Shown: positions 1-10,133, numbered from the stretch's first letter. The stretch: 64,000 nucleotides of DNA from Candidatus Bathyarchaeia archaeon (GCA_050012255.1 JBEKHN010000003.1:113992-177991), one strand, 5' to 3'. Made by a program: numbers and translations. Notes: generated by a model not told the origin, from the sequence alone.

Positions 1-966
1 CCAGTAGAATGGGATGCCGATGCTCGCCTTGACGGGGTCGGGTTCCTCAATCAGGCACAGGACGATCGGGAGAGCTTCAAGAACATTATCCTCGGTGAAC
101 GAGACGGAGTGAATCGGCAGTTTCAGCTCATCCGCCATCTTTTTTGCATGTTCCGTTTCAGGCTGGTTTCTCATGCTCGCGTGTACCAGTTCGACTCTCA
201 CTCCAGACTTCTTGGCAAGGAACGCAAGGATGCTGCTGTCGAGGCCTCCTGAAAACGCGACTGCCACCTCCCTTAAGCCTGCAACTCTTTCCCTCACAGC
301 TCGTTCTAATAGAGTTCGGAGTCTCCTCGAAGCGGCCTCCATCGTGACCTTCTTCGGCTCTGAATAAGCAAGTGTTCTTGCCGAGCTGAACTTGAAGCCG
401 CGCTCGCCTATTAGAGCCACATGCCCTGGAGGGAACGATTCTACGTGTTCTATTCCGATTTTCCACAGTGCCTTGCGTTCAGAAGCCAAACCTGCGGAAA
501 GAGTGTCCTCTCCATAGTAGAGCGGGCGTACACCCAAACTGTCTCTGCCCACGATGAGCCTTTCCTGTTCAGCAACTGCAAAGGCAAAGTCGCCTTCAGT
601 TTGCTTGATGAATGTCTTGGCGCTTTTCTCCCGATTTCTTGGTAACCTTAGGGCAAAGACTTCTGCATCGCACTTCAGCTCGTTTGATGGAAAGATTCTG
701 CCATCAAAAACTAGGGTTGCGCCTTCTAGCTTCAAAGGTTGAGGTCTGTCTCGCTTGAGAATTCTGGAGAAAGCATACCCAATAGCGATCGACGATTCCA
801 TTTTTCGGTTCTGAAATTGATCCAGGGTCTTCCCCGTCTCTGTTTTTTCTCCTGAGCCTATTCCGTAAGCTTCCAGGTTGGGGGTCTTCATTGTTTTGAG
901 CATGGTCAATGCTGTTTCTGTTGCATCTTCGCCTTTCTTGTGAAGAACAGCTATTATCGCACCCAT
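1..966 (-). CDS. asnB: Asparagine synthase (AsnB)-like protein, 3' end outside window
   Basis: Manual translation from ATG at 966 (MGAIIAVLHKK...) gives GRDSVGVRPLYY, LASERKAL and the PP-loop AVAFSGGLDSS; frame open to base 1; absent from ORF track because it runs off the window. Confidence 0.85.
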   Translation of the reverse strand, partial: MGAIIAVLHKKGEDATETALTMLKTMKTPNLEAYGIGSGEKTETGKTLDQFQNRKMESSIAIGYAFSRILKRDRPQPLKLEGATLVFDGRIFPSNELKCDAEVFALRLPRNREKSAKTFIKQTEGDFAFAVAEQERLIVGRDSLGVRPLYYGEDTLSAGLASERKALWKIGIEHVESFPPGHVALIGERGFKFSSARTLAYSEPKKVTMEAASRRLRTLLERAVRERVAGLREVAVAFSGGLDSSILAFLAKKSGVRVELVHASMRNQPETEHAKKMADELKLPIHSVSFTEDNVLEALPIVLCLIEEPDPVKASIGIPFYW

Positions 967-1058
967 TCTAGAACACCTTTCCGCTCGTGTTGGTATGTAG
1001 TAGTTTGGTAAAACATTAATCTTTAATCGATGTAGTTTAGTTGCGAGGGATTTGCAGC

Positions 1059-2426
1059 TTGCCGATTCTCCCGATTGATACGGGTCGTTACGGAACAGCG
1101 GAAATGAGGAGAATTTTCGAAGAAGAGAGCCGCGTTCAAAAAATGCTCGATGTCGAAGCCGCTTTAGCATGGACGCACGCTGAGGTCGGCGACATACCGC
1201 GAAAGGACGCTGAGAAGATCGAGGCAACTGCTTCGCTGAAACATGTAAAACTGACCCGCATCAAGGAGATTGAACATGAAATAAGGCATGATGTCGCTTC
1301 GCTCGTCAGAGCTTTGGCAGAAGCCTGCGGTTCAAGCGGAGGGTATGTTCACCTTGGAGCTACGAGCTACGACATTGTGGACACGGCTAATGCTTTGCAG
1401 TTGAAGGACGCTCTGGAATTGATCGAGAAAAAACTGGACAACTTCGAAAAAACCTTGACCGAGAAAGCTTTGCAGTACGAGCACACGTTGATGATTGGCC
1501 GAACGCATGGTCAGCACGCGTTGCCCATAACTCTGGGCTTCAAGTTCGCGGTCTGGATGCGTGAAGTTTCAAGGCACATGCAGAGGCTCAGACAGTGCAA
1601 AGGGCGCGTCTTGGTTGGAAAGATGAGCGGTGCAGTGGGCACGCAGGCCGGTCTGGGAGAGCATGCAATGAAGATTCAGGAGCTTGTCATGCAGAGACTA
1701 GGGATATGCGCCGCCGATATTTCAACGCAGATTGTGCAGCGAGATCGTCATGCTGAACTCGCATGCGTGCTGGCTTTGATTGCATCTTCGCTGGAGAATT
1801 TTGCCACTGAAATTCGAGAGTTGCAGAGGCCCGAGATCGGTGAACTCTTTGAGTACTTCGAACTTGAGAAGCAAGTTGGAAGTTCAACGATGTCTCAAAA
1901 GCGAAACCCTGAGCTGTGTGAAAGAGTCTGCGGCTTGGCTCGAATCGTGAGAAGCCTAGTCGTCCCAGCGTTAGAAGACGTTTCAACTTGGCATGAACGA
2001 GACCTAACCCAATCATCCACTGAACGCTTTCTGCTCCCAGAGACGTGTATCTTGACAGACTACGTGCTGTTCTTGATGAATAACATAGTGAGCAGCTTGC
2101 GGGTTGACGAGGAACGCATGCTCAAAAACGTAGAGGTAACTCAAGGGCGCTTCATGTCGGAGGCCATCATGATGGCGCTTACAAGAAAGGGCATGAATCG
2201 ACAAGCGGCTCATGAGCTTCTCAGGAAACTGACCATAAAAAGTGAGCTTCAAAAACGATATTTCGGGGAAGTTCTTCTCGAAGACTCGACAGTAAGTCAA
2301 AAGCTGGGAAAGAGAGAGGTCGATGCAGCTTTGAACCCGAAGAACTACTTGGGCACGGCGACAAGGCAAGTCGACCTTATGGTCAAGAAGACGAAGAGAG
2401 AGCGTAAGAGCAGAGGGCAAGCATGA
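1059..2426 (+). CDS. purB: Adenylosuccinate lyase
   Basis: RHDV, HLGATSYD, GRTHGQHA and GSSTMSQKRNP fumarase/ASL signature; probable TTG start at 1059 (track starts at 1041). Confidence 0.95.
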   Translation: MPILPIDTGRYGTAEMRRIFEEESRVQKMLDVEAALAWTHAEVGDIPRKDAEKIEATASLKHVKLTRIKEIEHEIRHDVASLVRALAEACGSSGGYVHLGATSYDIVDTANALQLKDALELIEKKLDNFEKTLTEKALQYEHTLMIGRTHGQHALPITLGFKFAVWMREVSRHMQRLRQCKGRVLVGKMSGAVGTQAGLGEHAMKIQELVMQRLGICAADISTQIVQRDRHAELACVLALIASSLENFATEIRELQRPEIGELFEYFELEKQVGSSTMSQKRNPELCERVCGLARIVRSLVVPALEDVSTWHERDLTQSSTERFLLPETCILTDYVLFLMNNIVSSLRVDEERMLKNVEVTQGRFMSEAIMMALTRKGMNRQAAHELLRKLTIKSELQKRYFGEVLLEDSTVSQKLGKREVDAALNPKNYLGTATRQVDLMVKKTKRERKSRGQA

Positions 2427-2880
2427 GTAAGTACCCGTATGACGCGCGTGCCTACGATGAGAGATATCGCAGAGTCGTTGAGGCTGGAGCCGAATTATGG
2501 GAGGAACCCATGCCCACGGAGGCCCTCGTTAAATTTCTTTTCGAAAAGAAACCGTGCAAGGGTTCCAAGTAGCGTGCTGGCTTGTCCCTAAATTCGCTGA
2601 TAGCGCGCGCGTAAGAGCATATACATTTTGCATATACGTTTTGCATATACGGTTGGCGAGCATTGTTGAGAACGGTGAGGCTGTTCAAGTTGGATCTGGA
2701 GCTGTGTGGGCTGTTCAAGTGCGTACGCATAATAGAGGGACAAGGCAGCGCGCGAAAACGAAGGAACAGTACTCAGAAGAGTTTGAAACGGCAGGCTTCT
2801 TAATCGTTGAAGTTAACTCGGTAGCGAAGCCTAATGGTTAGTGTTGCGTGCTCTTGGCCAGAAAGGCAAAGGAAAGTTGA
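2423..2880 (+). pseudogene. Disrupted class I SAM-dependent methyltransferase-like gene
   Basis: ATGA-coupled to purB; N-fragment MSKYPYDARAYDERYRRVVEAGAELWEEP...KGSK* (2423-2572) and C-fragment RAKTKEQYSEEFETAGFLIVEV...*CCVLLARK (to 2880); SAM-binding core missing. Confidence 0.5.
2617..2650 (+). repeat. 13-bp-period tandem repeat GCATATAC(A/G)TTTT, about 2.6 copies
   Basis: gcatatacatttt gcatatacgtttt gcatatac read directly. Confidence 0.8.
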
Positions 2881-2890
2881 GCCGCGGTTG

Positions 2891-5122
2891 CTAGTACTCG
2901 GTGAGCGCTTTCTGTTTCCATTCGTCTTCTCTTTCCAGCTTTTCCCATGTTTCTTTTTTCACGAAGCCGCCAACCTGCTCCTTTATCTTCTTCGCCAGCC
3001 TGGGTCCGATAAGCGGCAGGTTTTGGAGCTCGTTGATCGGGACGCGTTTGATGTCATCAATCGTCTTATACCCAGAGTTGAAGAGTGTGCGAGCGCGGAC
3101 TCTGCCAACTCCTTCAAGCTTCACAAGCGGCAACAGCTCTTTCTTAACTCCTTTCTCAACTCTCTGCTGTGTTTCAAGAGTTTGCGGTAAAGCCTGTTTG
3201 TTGCCGAATAGAAGAGCCAGTTCATGTGTGGCGTGAAGCAGCCACTTCGCACTTTCAAGCGTTCTGTAGAGGTCGCCGGGCTGCACGTTGAACTTTTCGA
3301 TCAACCAGTCTTCGCTCGTCTCCTCGATCCATGCCTTAAGTGTCATGGCCGTCTTGACTTCGCCGAGAAACTCTTCGTAGGATATCCTGTCTTCCCATTC
3401 GTCTGGAGGGGGTATCAGGAACTCTTCTCTGTGTTCCTCCATGAACAGTGCCACTTGGTCCATCTCGCTCGTGTAAGGTCTTAGCACGGGGCCCATGTCA
3501 GGTGTGTGAGAGATCATGTGCAGGAGGCTCACGTCTGTCAGGAATGCAGGTTTTTGGCTTAGTGCATCGCGGATTATGACAGCCGTGACTGGGTCTATGT
3601 AGAGTTCGCTGACGCGTTTTCCAAATTTTGTTGCGTTGATGTTTTCAGCGAAGACTTCAATCATCTCTTCGTCGTACAGGTACTTGAGGATCTTCGCGAC
3701 TATGCTCTTGATCGCGTCTATGTCGTACTGGTAAGCGTAGAATGTCTTGCCGAAGAACTCGTAGATTCCGTTTTCGGTGTGAGCGAAGTCTGCGGCGATC
3801 GTTGCGAGCACGTGGGACCGCATTATCCTTTCAACTGCAAGCCGCGACCAAATGCGCTCTGGTCTTGCGAGGATGTAGCTCTCAATAAGATAGTCTGCTT
3901 CGTCACTGGTCTTGGCTACGAGTATGGCTTCACCTGTCTTGTCGTATTTGGGTCTTCCAGCTCTGCCAGCCATCTGTTTATACTCTAACACGCTGATGGG
4001 ATAGTAGCCGTACCCAGCCTCCCAGCGTCTGTAATCTTGGATGATAACTGTTCTGGCAGGAAGGTTCACGCCGAAAGCGAGCGTTGGCGTGGCCGTCAGC
4101 ACCTTTATTTTTCCCTCTCGGAAAGAATCTTCTATTATTCTTCGATGTCCACCAGCTAAGCCCGCGTGGTGAAAGGCCGTACCACACTTGACCAGTTCGG
4201 CGAGGGATTCGCCGAGCCTTGTTCTTTCCCCCGTCGACATGATCCTTTCTGCTTCGTGTTCTAGAGAACGCTTTGCGGGTTTAGATAGCACTCCGACAAC
4301 TTCACTTGCCATCCTCTTAGCAAGTGTCACGGCATTTTTCCGCGTTGACGCGAAGACCAACGCTTGGCCTCCTGTCTTGAGCGTGTTCAGTGCCAAGTTT
4401 GTGACGGCATCTCTTGCTCTCTTTTCTATTTTCCGGGCGTCGCCGTCTTTGTATTGAATCTCCTCGTGGAGCAAGACTCCTTCCTTTAAAGCAACGGGGC
4501 GCCACTCAGTGGTGACGTGTTGTGCCTTGAGCCATCCTGCGATTTCATCCACGTTGTTTATCGTTGCGCTTAGGGCCAAGATTTGAACATCCGGGTTGAC
4601 CTGCATGAGCCTCGCCAAAACAACTTCGAGAGTTGGCCCTCGCTCAGCTTCATTCAGCAGATGCACTTCGTCGGCGACCACGAGACTGATTTCGTCCATC
4701 CACTTGGCCCTGTGTCTCAGAAGCGAATCTGCCTTCTCGTTCGTGGTTATGATTATGTCATACCTCTCCAGCCAGAGGTCTGTGCTGTCAAAATCGCCCG
4801 TGCTTATGCCTATTCTGACTCTTCTTCCATCCTTCTTCGTGATCGCCGCGTATTTTCTGAATTCATCGAACTTTTCATTCGCCAAAGCCCTTAGCGGCGT
4901 CAGGTAAACGGTCTTCCCGTTCTTCTCCAAGATGTGTTTAAGGGCGCAAAACTCGGCGACCAGAGTTTTTCCAGAAGCCGTGGGGCTTGCCAGAACGAGG
5001 TTTTTTCCTTCAAGAGCTCCAGCTCTTATAGCTTCTTCCTGCGGAGGGTAAAGTTCAACGATTCCAGACCTGATTACGAGTTCTTTAACGGTTTCTGGTA
5101 TGGGTAAGTCCGTTACCTTCAC
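2891..5122 (-). CDS. hel308: Ski2-like ATP-dependent DNA helicase Hel308/Hjm
   Basis: SPTASGKT, DEVH, LSAT, QMAGRAGRP, C-terminal HhH. Confidence 0.95.
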   Translation of the reverse strand: MKVTDLPIPETVKELVIRSGIVELYPPQEEAIRAGALEGKNLVLASPTASGKTLVAEFCALKHILEKNGKTVYLTPLRALANEKFDEFRKYAAITKKDGRRVRIGISTGDFDSTDLWLERYDIIITTNEKADSLLRHRAKWMDEISLVVADEVHLLNEAERGPTLEVVLARLMQVNPDVQILALSATINNVDEIAGWLKAQHVTTEWRPVALKEGVLLHEEIQYKDGDARKIEKRARDAVTNLALNTLKTGGQALVFASTRKNAVTLAKRMASEVVGVLSKPAKRSLEHEAERIMSTGERTRLGESLAELVKCGTAFHHAGLAGGHRRIIEDSFREGKIKVLTATPTLAFGVNLPARTVIIQDYRRWEAGYGYYPISVLEYKQMAGRAGRPKYDKTGEAILVAKTSDEADYLIESYILARPERIWSRLAVERIMRSHVLATIAADFAHTENGIYEFFGKTFYAYQYDIDAIKSIVAKILKYLYDEEMIEVFAENINATKFGKRVSELYIDPVTAVIIRDALSQKPAFLTDVSLLHMISHTPDMGPVLRPYTSEMDQVALFMEEHREEFLIPPPDEWEDRISYEEFLGEVKTAMTLKAWIEETSEDWLIEKFNVQPGDLYRTLESAKWLLHATHELALLFGNKQALPQTLETQQRVEKGVKKELLPLVKLEGVGRVRARTLFNSGYKTIDDIKRVPINELQNLPLIGPRLAKKIKEQVGGFVKKETWEKLEREDEWKQKALTEY

Positions 5123-5271
5123 TCAGATGCGCCTATGTCTTCTGCTAGACACCATTAGAACTGAGACAGTTTAAAGCGTTGTGTGCGGAACGATTTCTCT
5201 TCTGGGTTACGCTTTTCTATCAGAAACAGTGAATACTAGAAGGTGACCACGAAGGAAGAGCTGAGAAGCGT

Positions 5272-6495
5272 ATGGTTGAAAACGTTAAGGAACTGTTGAA
5301 GGCACACAAGCGGCAGAAACGTGAAGTGTACCTGGACATCGAGAACTCAAGCGCCGTCCCACCAGAAGTCGTTGATGCAATGGTGCCGTATTACGGCCGA
5401 CTTGCCTATGGAAACCCAACTTTGACGCACAAGCCGGGCTGGGAAGCGTTCGAAACGATAATGGAATCGTCGCAGAGAATAGCGTCCTTCCTCAAGTGCA
5501 AAAGTGTGGAGGAGGTAAACTTCACTCCGGGGGAAACCGAAGCCAACAACTTGGCAATAATGGGAACCGCTCTTGCGATCAGGGAAAAAGCGAGGAAGAT
5601 CGTGGTTTCAGAGGTCGAGCCCATAAACGTCTTGCACGTTGTTGAGATGCTTCAGAAAAGCGGTTTCACGGCAACGAAGATTCCAGTTGACAGTGAAGGC
5701 TTCTTGAACCTTGACAGACTGAGCGAAGCCATCGACCACGAAACTGCCCTCGTGAGCTTGTCGACGGTGAACCATGAGATAGGCACAGTTCAACCGATAA
5801 AGGAGGCAGTGGAGATAGTTCAGGACAAAAACAAGGAAACCGTCTTTCACACGGACGCTTCAGACGCGTATGGCAAGGTTCCGTTCGACGTGCAAGACCT
5901 GGACGTTGACATGGCAACGGTCAGCAGCTACAAGATTTTGGGACCAAGAGGAATGGGCTGCTTGTACGTGAAGGAAGGTGTTGAACTGGAAAGAATCTTA
6001 GAAGGGCAGATAGGAACGCAGAGGCTCTGGCCTGGGGTGGAGAATACGCCTTTGATCGTTGGTTTCACGAAAGCGTCTGAGCTTATTTTCCAAGATTTTG
6101 AAGAGAACCTTGGGAGAATGAAGAAGCTGCGGGATAAGCTTGTCGATGGAATAACCAGCAGAGTAGCGGACATCGAGCTTAACGGTCCCGTTGGAGCGAG
6201 GCGGGCTCCTGACAACGCGAACATAAGCTTCCTAAGATGCGAAGGAGAGGCTCTGACGATAGAGCTCAGCCTCAGCGGCGTCTACGTCTCAAGCGGAAGC
6301 GCCTGCTCCAGAAGGCTGCTGCAGCCAAGCCACGTTCTGGTTGCGATAGGCAAAAAGTTCGACCAAGCTCACGGCAGTATACTGATGAAGGTTTCGAGGG
6401 TTCACACCGAGGAAGACATAAATTATGCCTTGGAGGTAATTCCCAAGGCTGTTGATCGAATAAGAGGTATAACCGGTTCTACAGGAGCGGAATAG
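5272..6495 (+). CDS. iscS: Divergent IscS/NifS-type (group I) cysteine desulfurase-like protein
   Basis: GNP, NHEIGT, HTDA, SSYKILGP, SSGSAC; several substrate/PLP residues appear altered. Confidence 0.85.
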   Translation: MVENVKELLKAHKRQKREVYLDIENSSAVPPEVVDAMVPYYGRLAYGNPTLTHKPGWEAFETIMESSQRIASFLKCKSVEEVNFTPGETEANNLAIMGTALAIREKARKIVVSEVEPINVLHVVEMLQKSGFTATKIPVDSEGFLNLDRLSEAIDHETALVSLSTVNHEIGTVQPIKEAVEIVQDKNKETVFHTDASDAYGKVPFDVQDLDVDMATVSSYKILGPRGMGCLYVKEGVELERILEGQIGTQRLWPGVENTPLIVGFTKASELIFQDFEENLGRMKKLRDKLVDGITSRVADIELNGPVGARRAPDNANISFLRCEGEALTIELSLSGVYVSSGSACSRRLLQPSHVLVAIGKKFDQAHGSILMKVSRVHTEEDINYALEVIPKAVDRIRGITGSTGAE

Positions 6496-6497
6496 CA

Positions 6498-7004
6498 TTG
6501 TCCCGTGCCCCCTTGCCCTACAACCCAAAAATATTAGAGTTGTTCAAGAACCCGAAGAACCTTGGGAAAATGGAGGACGCCAGCGTATCAGCCGTCGCGG
6601 GAAACCCCATGTGTGGAGACATGATAACTTTCTACCTGAAGATCAGCGACGAAGGCGTCATTGAGAAGGCATCGTTTGAGAGTTATGGCTGCGCCGCGAA
6701 CATAGCCACGTCAAGCATAGTCACTGAGATGGTCAAGGGCATGAAGCTTGAAGACGCGTGGAAAGTCTCCTACAAGAGCGTGGCGGAAGCCGTGGGCGGG
6801 TTGCCAACAGTCAAGTTTCACTGCGGCATCTTGGCCGTGGGAGCGCTGAAGAGAGCGTTAAGGAAGTATTTCGAGAAGACGGGGGCTTCTCCCAGTTGGC
6901 TGCAGAAAGAACCGAGCTTCGAGGAGAAACAGGCTTTGGAAGAGGAACAACTGGCAAAGATGCTTGAGAAAAGGATGAAAGCGGCAGAAGGAAAACAATG
7001 TTAG
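6498..7004 (+). CDS. iscU: IscU/NifU-type Fe-S scaffold protein
   Basis: GNPMCGD, YGCAA, KFHC. Confidence 0.92.
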   Translation: MSRAPLPYNPKILELFKNPKNLGKMEDASVSAVAGNPMCGDMITFYLKISDEGVIEKASFESYGCAANIATSSIVTEMVKGMKLEDAWKVSYKSVAEAVGGLPTVKFHCGILAVGALKRALRKYFEKTGASPSWLQKEPSFEEKQALEEEQLAKMLEKRMKAAEGKQC

Positions 7005-8236
7005 ACCCCTACAAGATTCGGAAGGATTTTCCTATTTTGAAACGGAAGATAAACAACCACCCCTTGATCTACTTCAACAACGCAGCGACTTCACAGAAGC
7101 CGAGGCAAGTGATCGATGCCATCAAGGATTTTTATGAGAACCACAACGAAAACGTTCATCGGGCTGTGCACACACTTTCTCAAGAGGCTTCGGAACTCTA
7201 TGAAAGCGCTCACGAAGCAGTTGCCAGTTTCATAAACGCTAGTGGGATGGAAGAGGTTGTCTTCGTCAGGGGAACCACTGAAGCCATAAACCTGGTTGCT
7301 TACGCTTGGGGGCTTCGCAGCCTGAAGGAGGACGATGAAGTTGTCCTGTCGTTGATGGAGCACCACAGCAATATAGTTCCTTGGGAAATAGTCTCAAAGA
7401 TCAACGGGTTCAAAATAAAATACGCCGACGTGAACAGCGATGGAACTTTGAACTACGAGTCGTTTGAAAAAGTGCTCTCTAAGAGGACCAAGATAGTTTG
7501 CCTTTCTCACGTTTCAAACGTTACGGGTATAATCAACGATGTGAAGAGAGTTGCGAGGACAGCGCATGAGCACGGAGCTCTGATGTTGGTGGATGGGGCT
7601 CAGTCTGTTCCGCACATGCCGGTGAACGTTAAGGATCTCGACGCGGATTTTGTTGCTTTTTCGGGCCATAAGATGTTGGGACCAATGGGCATAGGAGTCC
7701 TGTATGGGAAGCGTGAGGTTCTTGAGGAGCTGGAGCCCTTCCAAGGCGGGGGCGAAATGATACGGGAGGTTTCCTTCGACAAAAGGACGAAGCGTTGTTC
7801 GATAACTTGGAATGTTTTGCCGTGGAAGTTTGAGGCTGGAACACCGAACGTCGGCGGAGCGGTTGGGCTAATGGAAGCCGTGAGATACCTCAAACGCATT
7901 GGCATGAATAACGTGAAAGAGCATGAGGAAAGGTTGACCGAGTATGCCTTGCCTCGCATGCAAGATTGTTGCAAGGAGCTTGAAATTTACGGAACGAAAG
8001 ACACATCGATCAAATGCGGGATAATTCCCTTCGGCGTGAATGGTCTGAGCTCTCACGATGTTGCCTTATTCCTTGACAATTATGGGATAATGATAAGAAG
8101 TGGTTTCCACTGTGCTCAACCCTTACACGAAGTGTTTAAGCTGAGCTCCTCTGCAAGGGCAAGCTTCTATATCTACAATACTCGAGAAGAAATTGACACG
8201 TTCGTAGAAGTCTTGAAGGAGATCAGTCAGATCTAA
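6998..8236 (+). CDS. sufS: SufS-type (group II) cysteine desulfurase
   Basis: NAATSQKP, MEHHSN, DGAQ, SGHKM, RSGFHCAQP. Confidence 0.93.
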   Translation: MLDPYKIRKDFPILKRKINNHPLIYFNNAATSQKPRQVIDAIKDFYENHNENVHRAVHTLSQEASELYESAHEAVASFINASGMEEVVFVRGTTEAINLVAYAWGLRSLKEDDEVVLSLMEHHSNIVPWEIVSKINGFKIKYADVNSDGTLNYESFEKVLSKRTKIVCLSHVSNVTGIINDVKRVARTAHEHGALMLVDGAQSVPHMPVNVKDLDADFVAFSGHKMLGPMGIGVLYGKREVLEELEPFQGGGEMIREVSFDKRTKRCSITWNVLPWKFEAGTPNVGGAVGLMEAVRYLKRIGMNNVKEHEERLTEYALPRMQDCCKELEIYGTKDTSIKCGIIPFGVNGLSSHDVALFLDNYGIMIRSGFHCAQPLHEVFKLSSSARASFYIYNTREEIDTFVEVLKEISQI

Positions 8237-8505
8237 TGGCTAGCTTAGACGATTACGTGGCCAGGGTTGAGGGAACGTGTGGAAAGGAAAAAGACGTTAT
8301 AGTCGTATTCAAGTATGAGAAGAAGGAGGAAGCAATCCAGAAAATTCTAGGAAAGGCTACGGTGAAGAAGTCTATCGCTGGAATAGTCTTCGAGCTGACT
8401 TTCAGGAGTCACTCTTTCAGGCTTTATGGGAGTGGTAAGGCTATTCTTCGAGGCCTAGAGAACAAGGATGAGCTGAACGCCCTTCTGTCAGCGTTGCTTT
8501 TATAA
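8236..8505 (+). CDS. Small hypothetical protein coupled to sufS
   Basis: TAATG stop/start overlap; 89 aa. Confidence 0.7.
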   Translation: MASLDDYVARVEGTCGKEKDVIVVFKYEKKEEAIQKILGKATVKKSIAGIVFELTFRSHSFRLYGSGKAILRGLENKDELNALLSALLL

Positions 8506-8693
8506 TCCTTGTTGCAACAGGAACAGTTTTCCCCTTGTCTTGAAATTGGAACATTTGACCTTCCGCTTCATCTCTCAATCTCAGCGTGCGCTTGCAGTCT
8601 ATGTTCTTCTTGCTTCTAGCTTATTTGGAAGCTTCCCAAGTACTATTGGAGCTAAAAAGATACCCCCAAACGCCAATATTCGGTATGTGTCTT

Positions 8694-10133
8694 TCACTTT
8701 CCAACTCTGTCATTTCTATTTTTCGTCGCCTTACGTTCCACACTCTTCTCAGCAAGTACATCTTCTAATGCTAGAAGCTCAAGCAAGGTGCGAAACTTCT
8801 CTATTGCTCGCACGTCATTCTTGCTTATTAGACCCTTATCGAAACCATTCTGAAGTTGTAGCTGCAACCCTCTGCGCAGATTATGAACCATTTCGCCTTC
8901 ACTTATCCCTGGCAATCTCATGGGATGAAAAGTTTGGTCACTGATTAGGTCATACTTTTCCGCTATTGTTTGCAGTTCGGAACCAACTATAGGGTTGGCA
9001 ATTGACCAACTGATGTATGTGAGCAAGTTTTGCCCTAACAGTGTTTTGGCAAAATTCAGTGTTTCTTCGACTTCGGCGCTGCTTTCAAATTCTAACTTGC
9101 CGTTTTCTTCCCAGGCGTTATACAGCATAAAGAAACCGTAGGCGCGGATATCGTGTCTTTTAAGCGTTTCACAGGTTTTGATCACGTCAGAGCGGGTGAT
9201 GTATTTTCTGATGCCTTTAAGAACTCTGTCATTCGCAGATTCAATGCCTAGATGAACAAGCCAGCAACCGATTTTCTTCAATGCTTCAGCCAATGCTTCT
9301 GGAACTTTGTCGCAGCGGAGTTGACATTGGAATGCTGTATCGTTCAAGTGTAGTTTTTCGATTTCTTGGCAAACCTTTAAGGCCCATGTAATGTCTGAAT
9401 TGAATGTATCGGACCTCAAATAGATTTCTCGAACACCGTATGTGTCATGCACAAATTTGACTTCTTCCGCGACATTTTTTGGAGTTCGTTGTCGAATCCA
9501 AGGTTTCCGCTGTTTCCATACTGGATTACTACAAAAGGCACACTTGAACGGGCAACCCCTACTAGGCAGAACATACGCAATTGGGCTGTTCCGTTTCAGG
9601 GGTATGTCATACTTGTCGAAGGTAACCATGTCCCATGCTGGAAAGAAGTCGATGTCGTCGAGCAGTTTGCTAGCTTCTTTTACCTTGTCACCGGTTTTGA
9701 AACCATCTCTGACTAATTCGAAGAAGACTTCTTCCCCTTCCCCAACGACACATATGTCTGTCGGAGATTCTCTGAGGACTTCATGAGGGTCAATGGTGGG
9801 GTGCGCGCCTCCTGCGACTATGGTGACGTCTGGAAGCATTTTGCGAATAGATCTTATCGTTGCGTACGCCAGTTTTTTCTTTGGAGTAGTGAAACTTATG
9901 CAGTAAGCGTCTGGTTTTATCTTCCTGACTGTTTCGAAATGTTCCTCTTTAGTCATCCATGGCTCCAGATAATAGAAATTGACGTCTGGCATTCTTTGCC
10001 TAACGTAACCTATCAGGAAAATTATGCCAAGGTTAGGGCTCTCCGTGGCTGCTTCTCCCTGCAATTCTGACATTGGAATGTCGGCCATTACCACTTTCTT
10101 CGATGCTTTTTCAGGTCTGGTCAAGCGTTTCAC
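8694..10133 (-). CDS. Cobalamin-binding radical SAM protein (class B methyltransferase-like)
   Basis: GGAHPT and GEGE B12-domain motifs, SRGCPFKCAFC, GIES. Confidence 0.9.
   Translation of the reverse strand: MKRLTRPEKASKKVVMADIPMSELQGEAATESPNLGIIFLIGYVRQRMPDVNFYYLEPWMTKEEHFETVRKIKPDAYCISFTTPKKKLAYATIRSIRKMLPDVTIVAGGAHPTIDPHEVLRESPTDICVVGEGEEVFFELVRDGFKTGDKVKEASKLLDDIDFFPAWDMVTFDKYDIPLKRNSPIAYVLPSRGCPFKCAFCSNPVWKQRKPWIRQRTPKNVAEEVKFVHDTYGVREIYLRSDTFNSDITWALKVCQEIEKLHLNDTAFQCQLRCDKVPEALAEALKKIGCWLVHLGIESANDRVLKGIRKYITRSDVIKTCETLKRHDIRAYGFFMLYNAWEENGKLEFESSAEVEETLNFAKTLLGQNLLTYISWSIANPIVGSELQTIAEKYDLISDQTFHPMRLPGISEGEMVHNLRRGLQLQLQNGFDKGLISKNDVRAIEKFRTLLELLALEDVLAEKSVERKATKNRNDRVGK

Noticed and set aside
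2554-2841. 95-aa ORF in track as a real gene
   Set aside because: Chimeric frame across the repeat and GC tracts; only the last third looks coding
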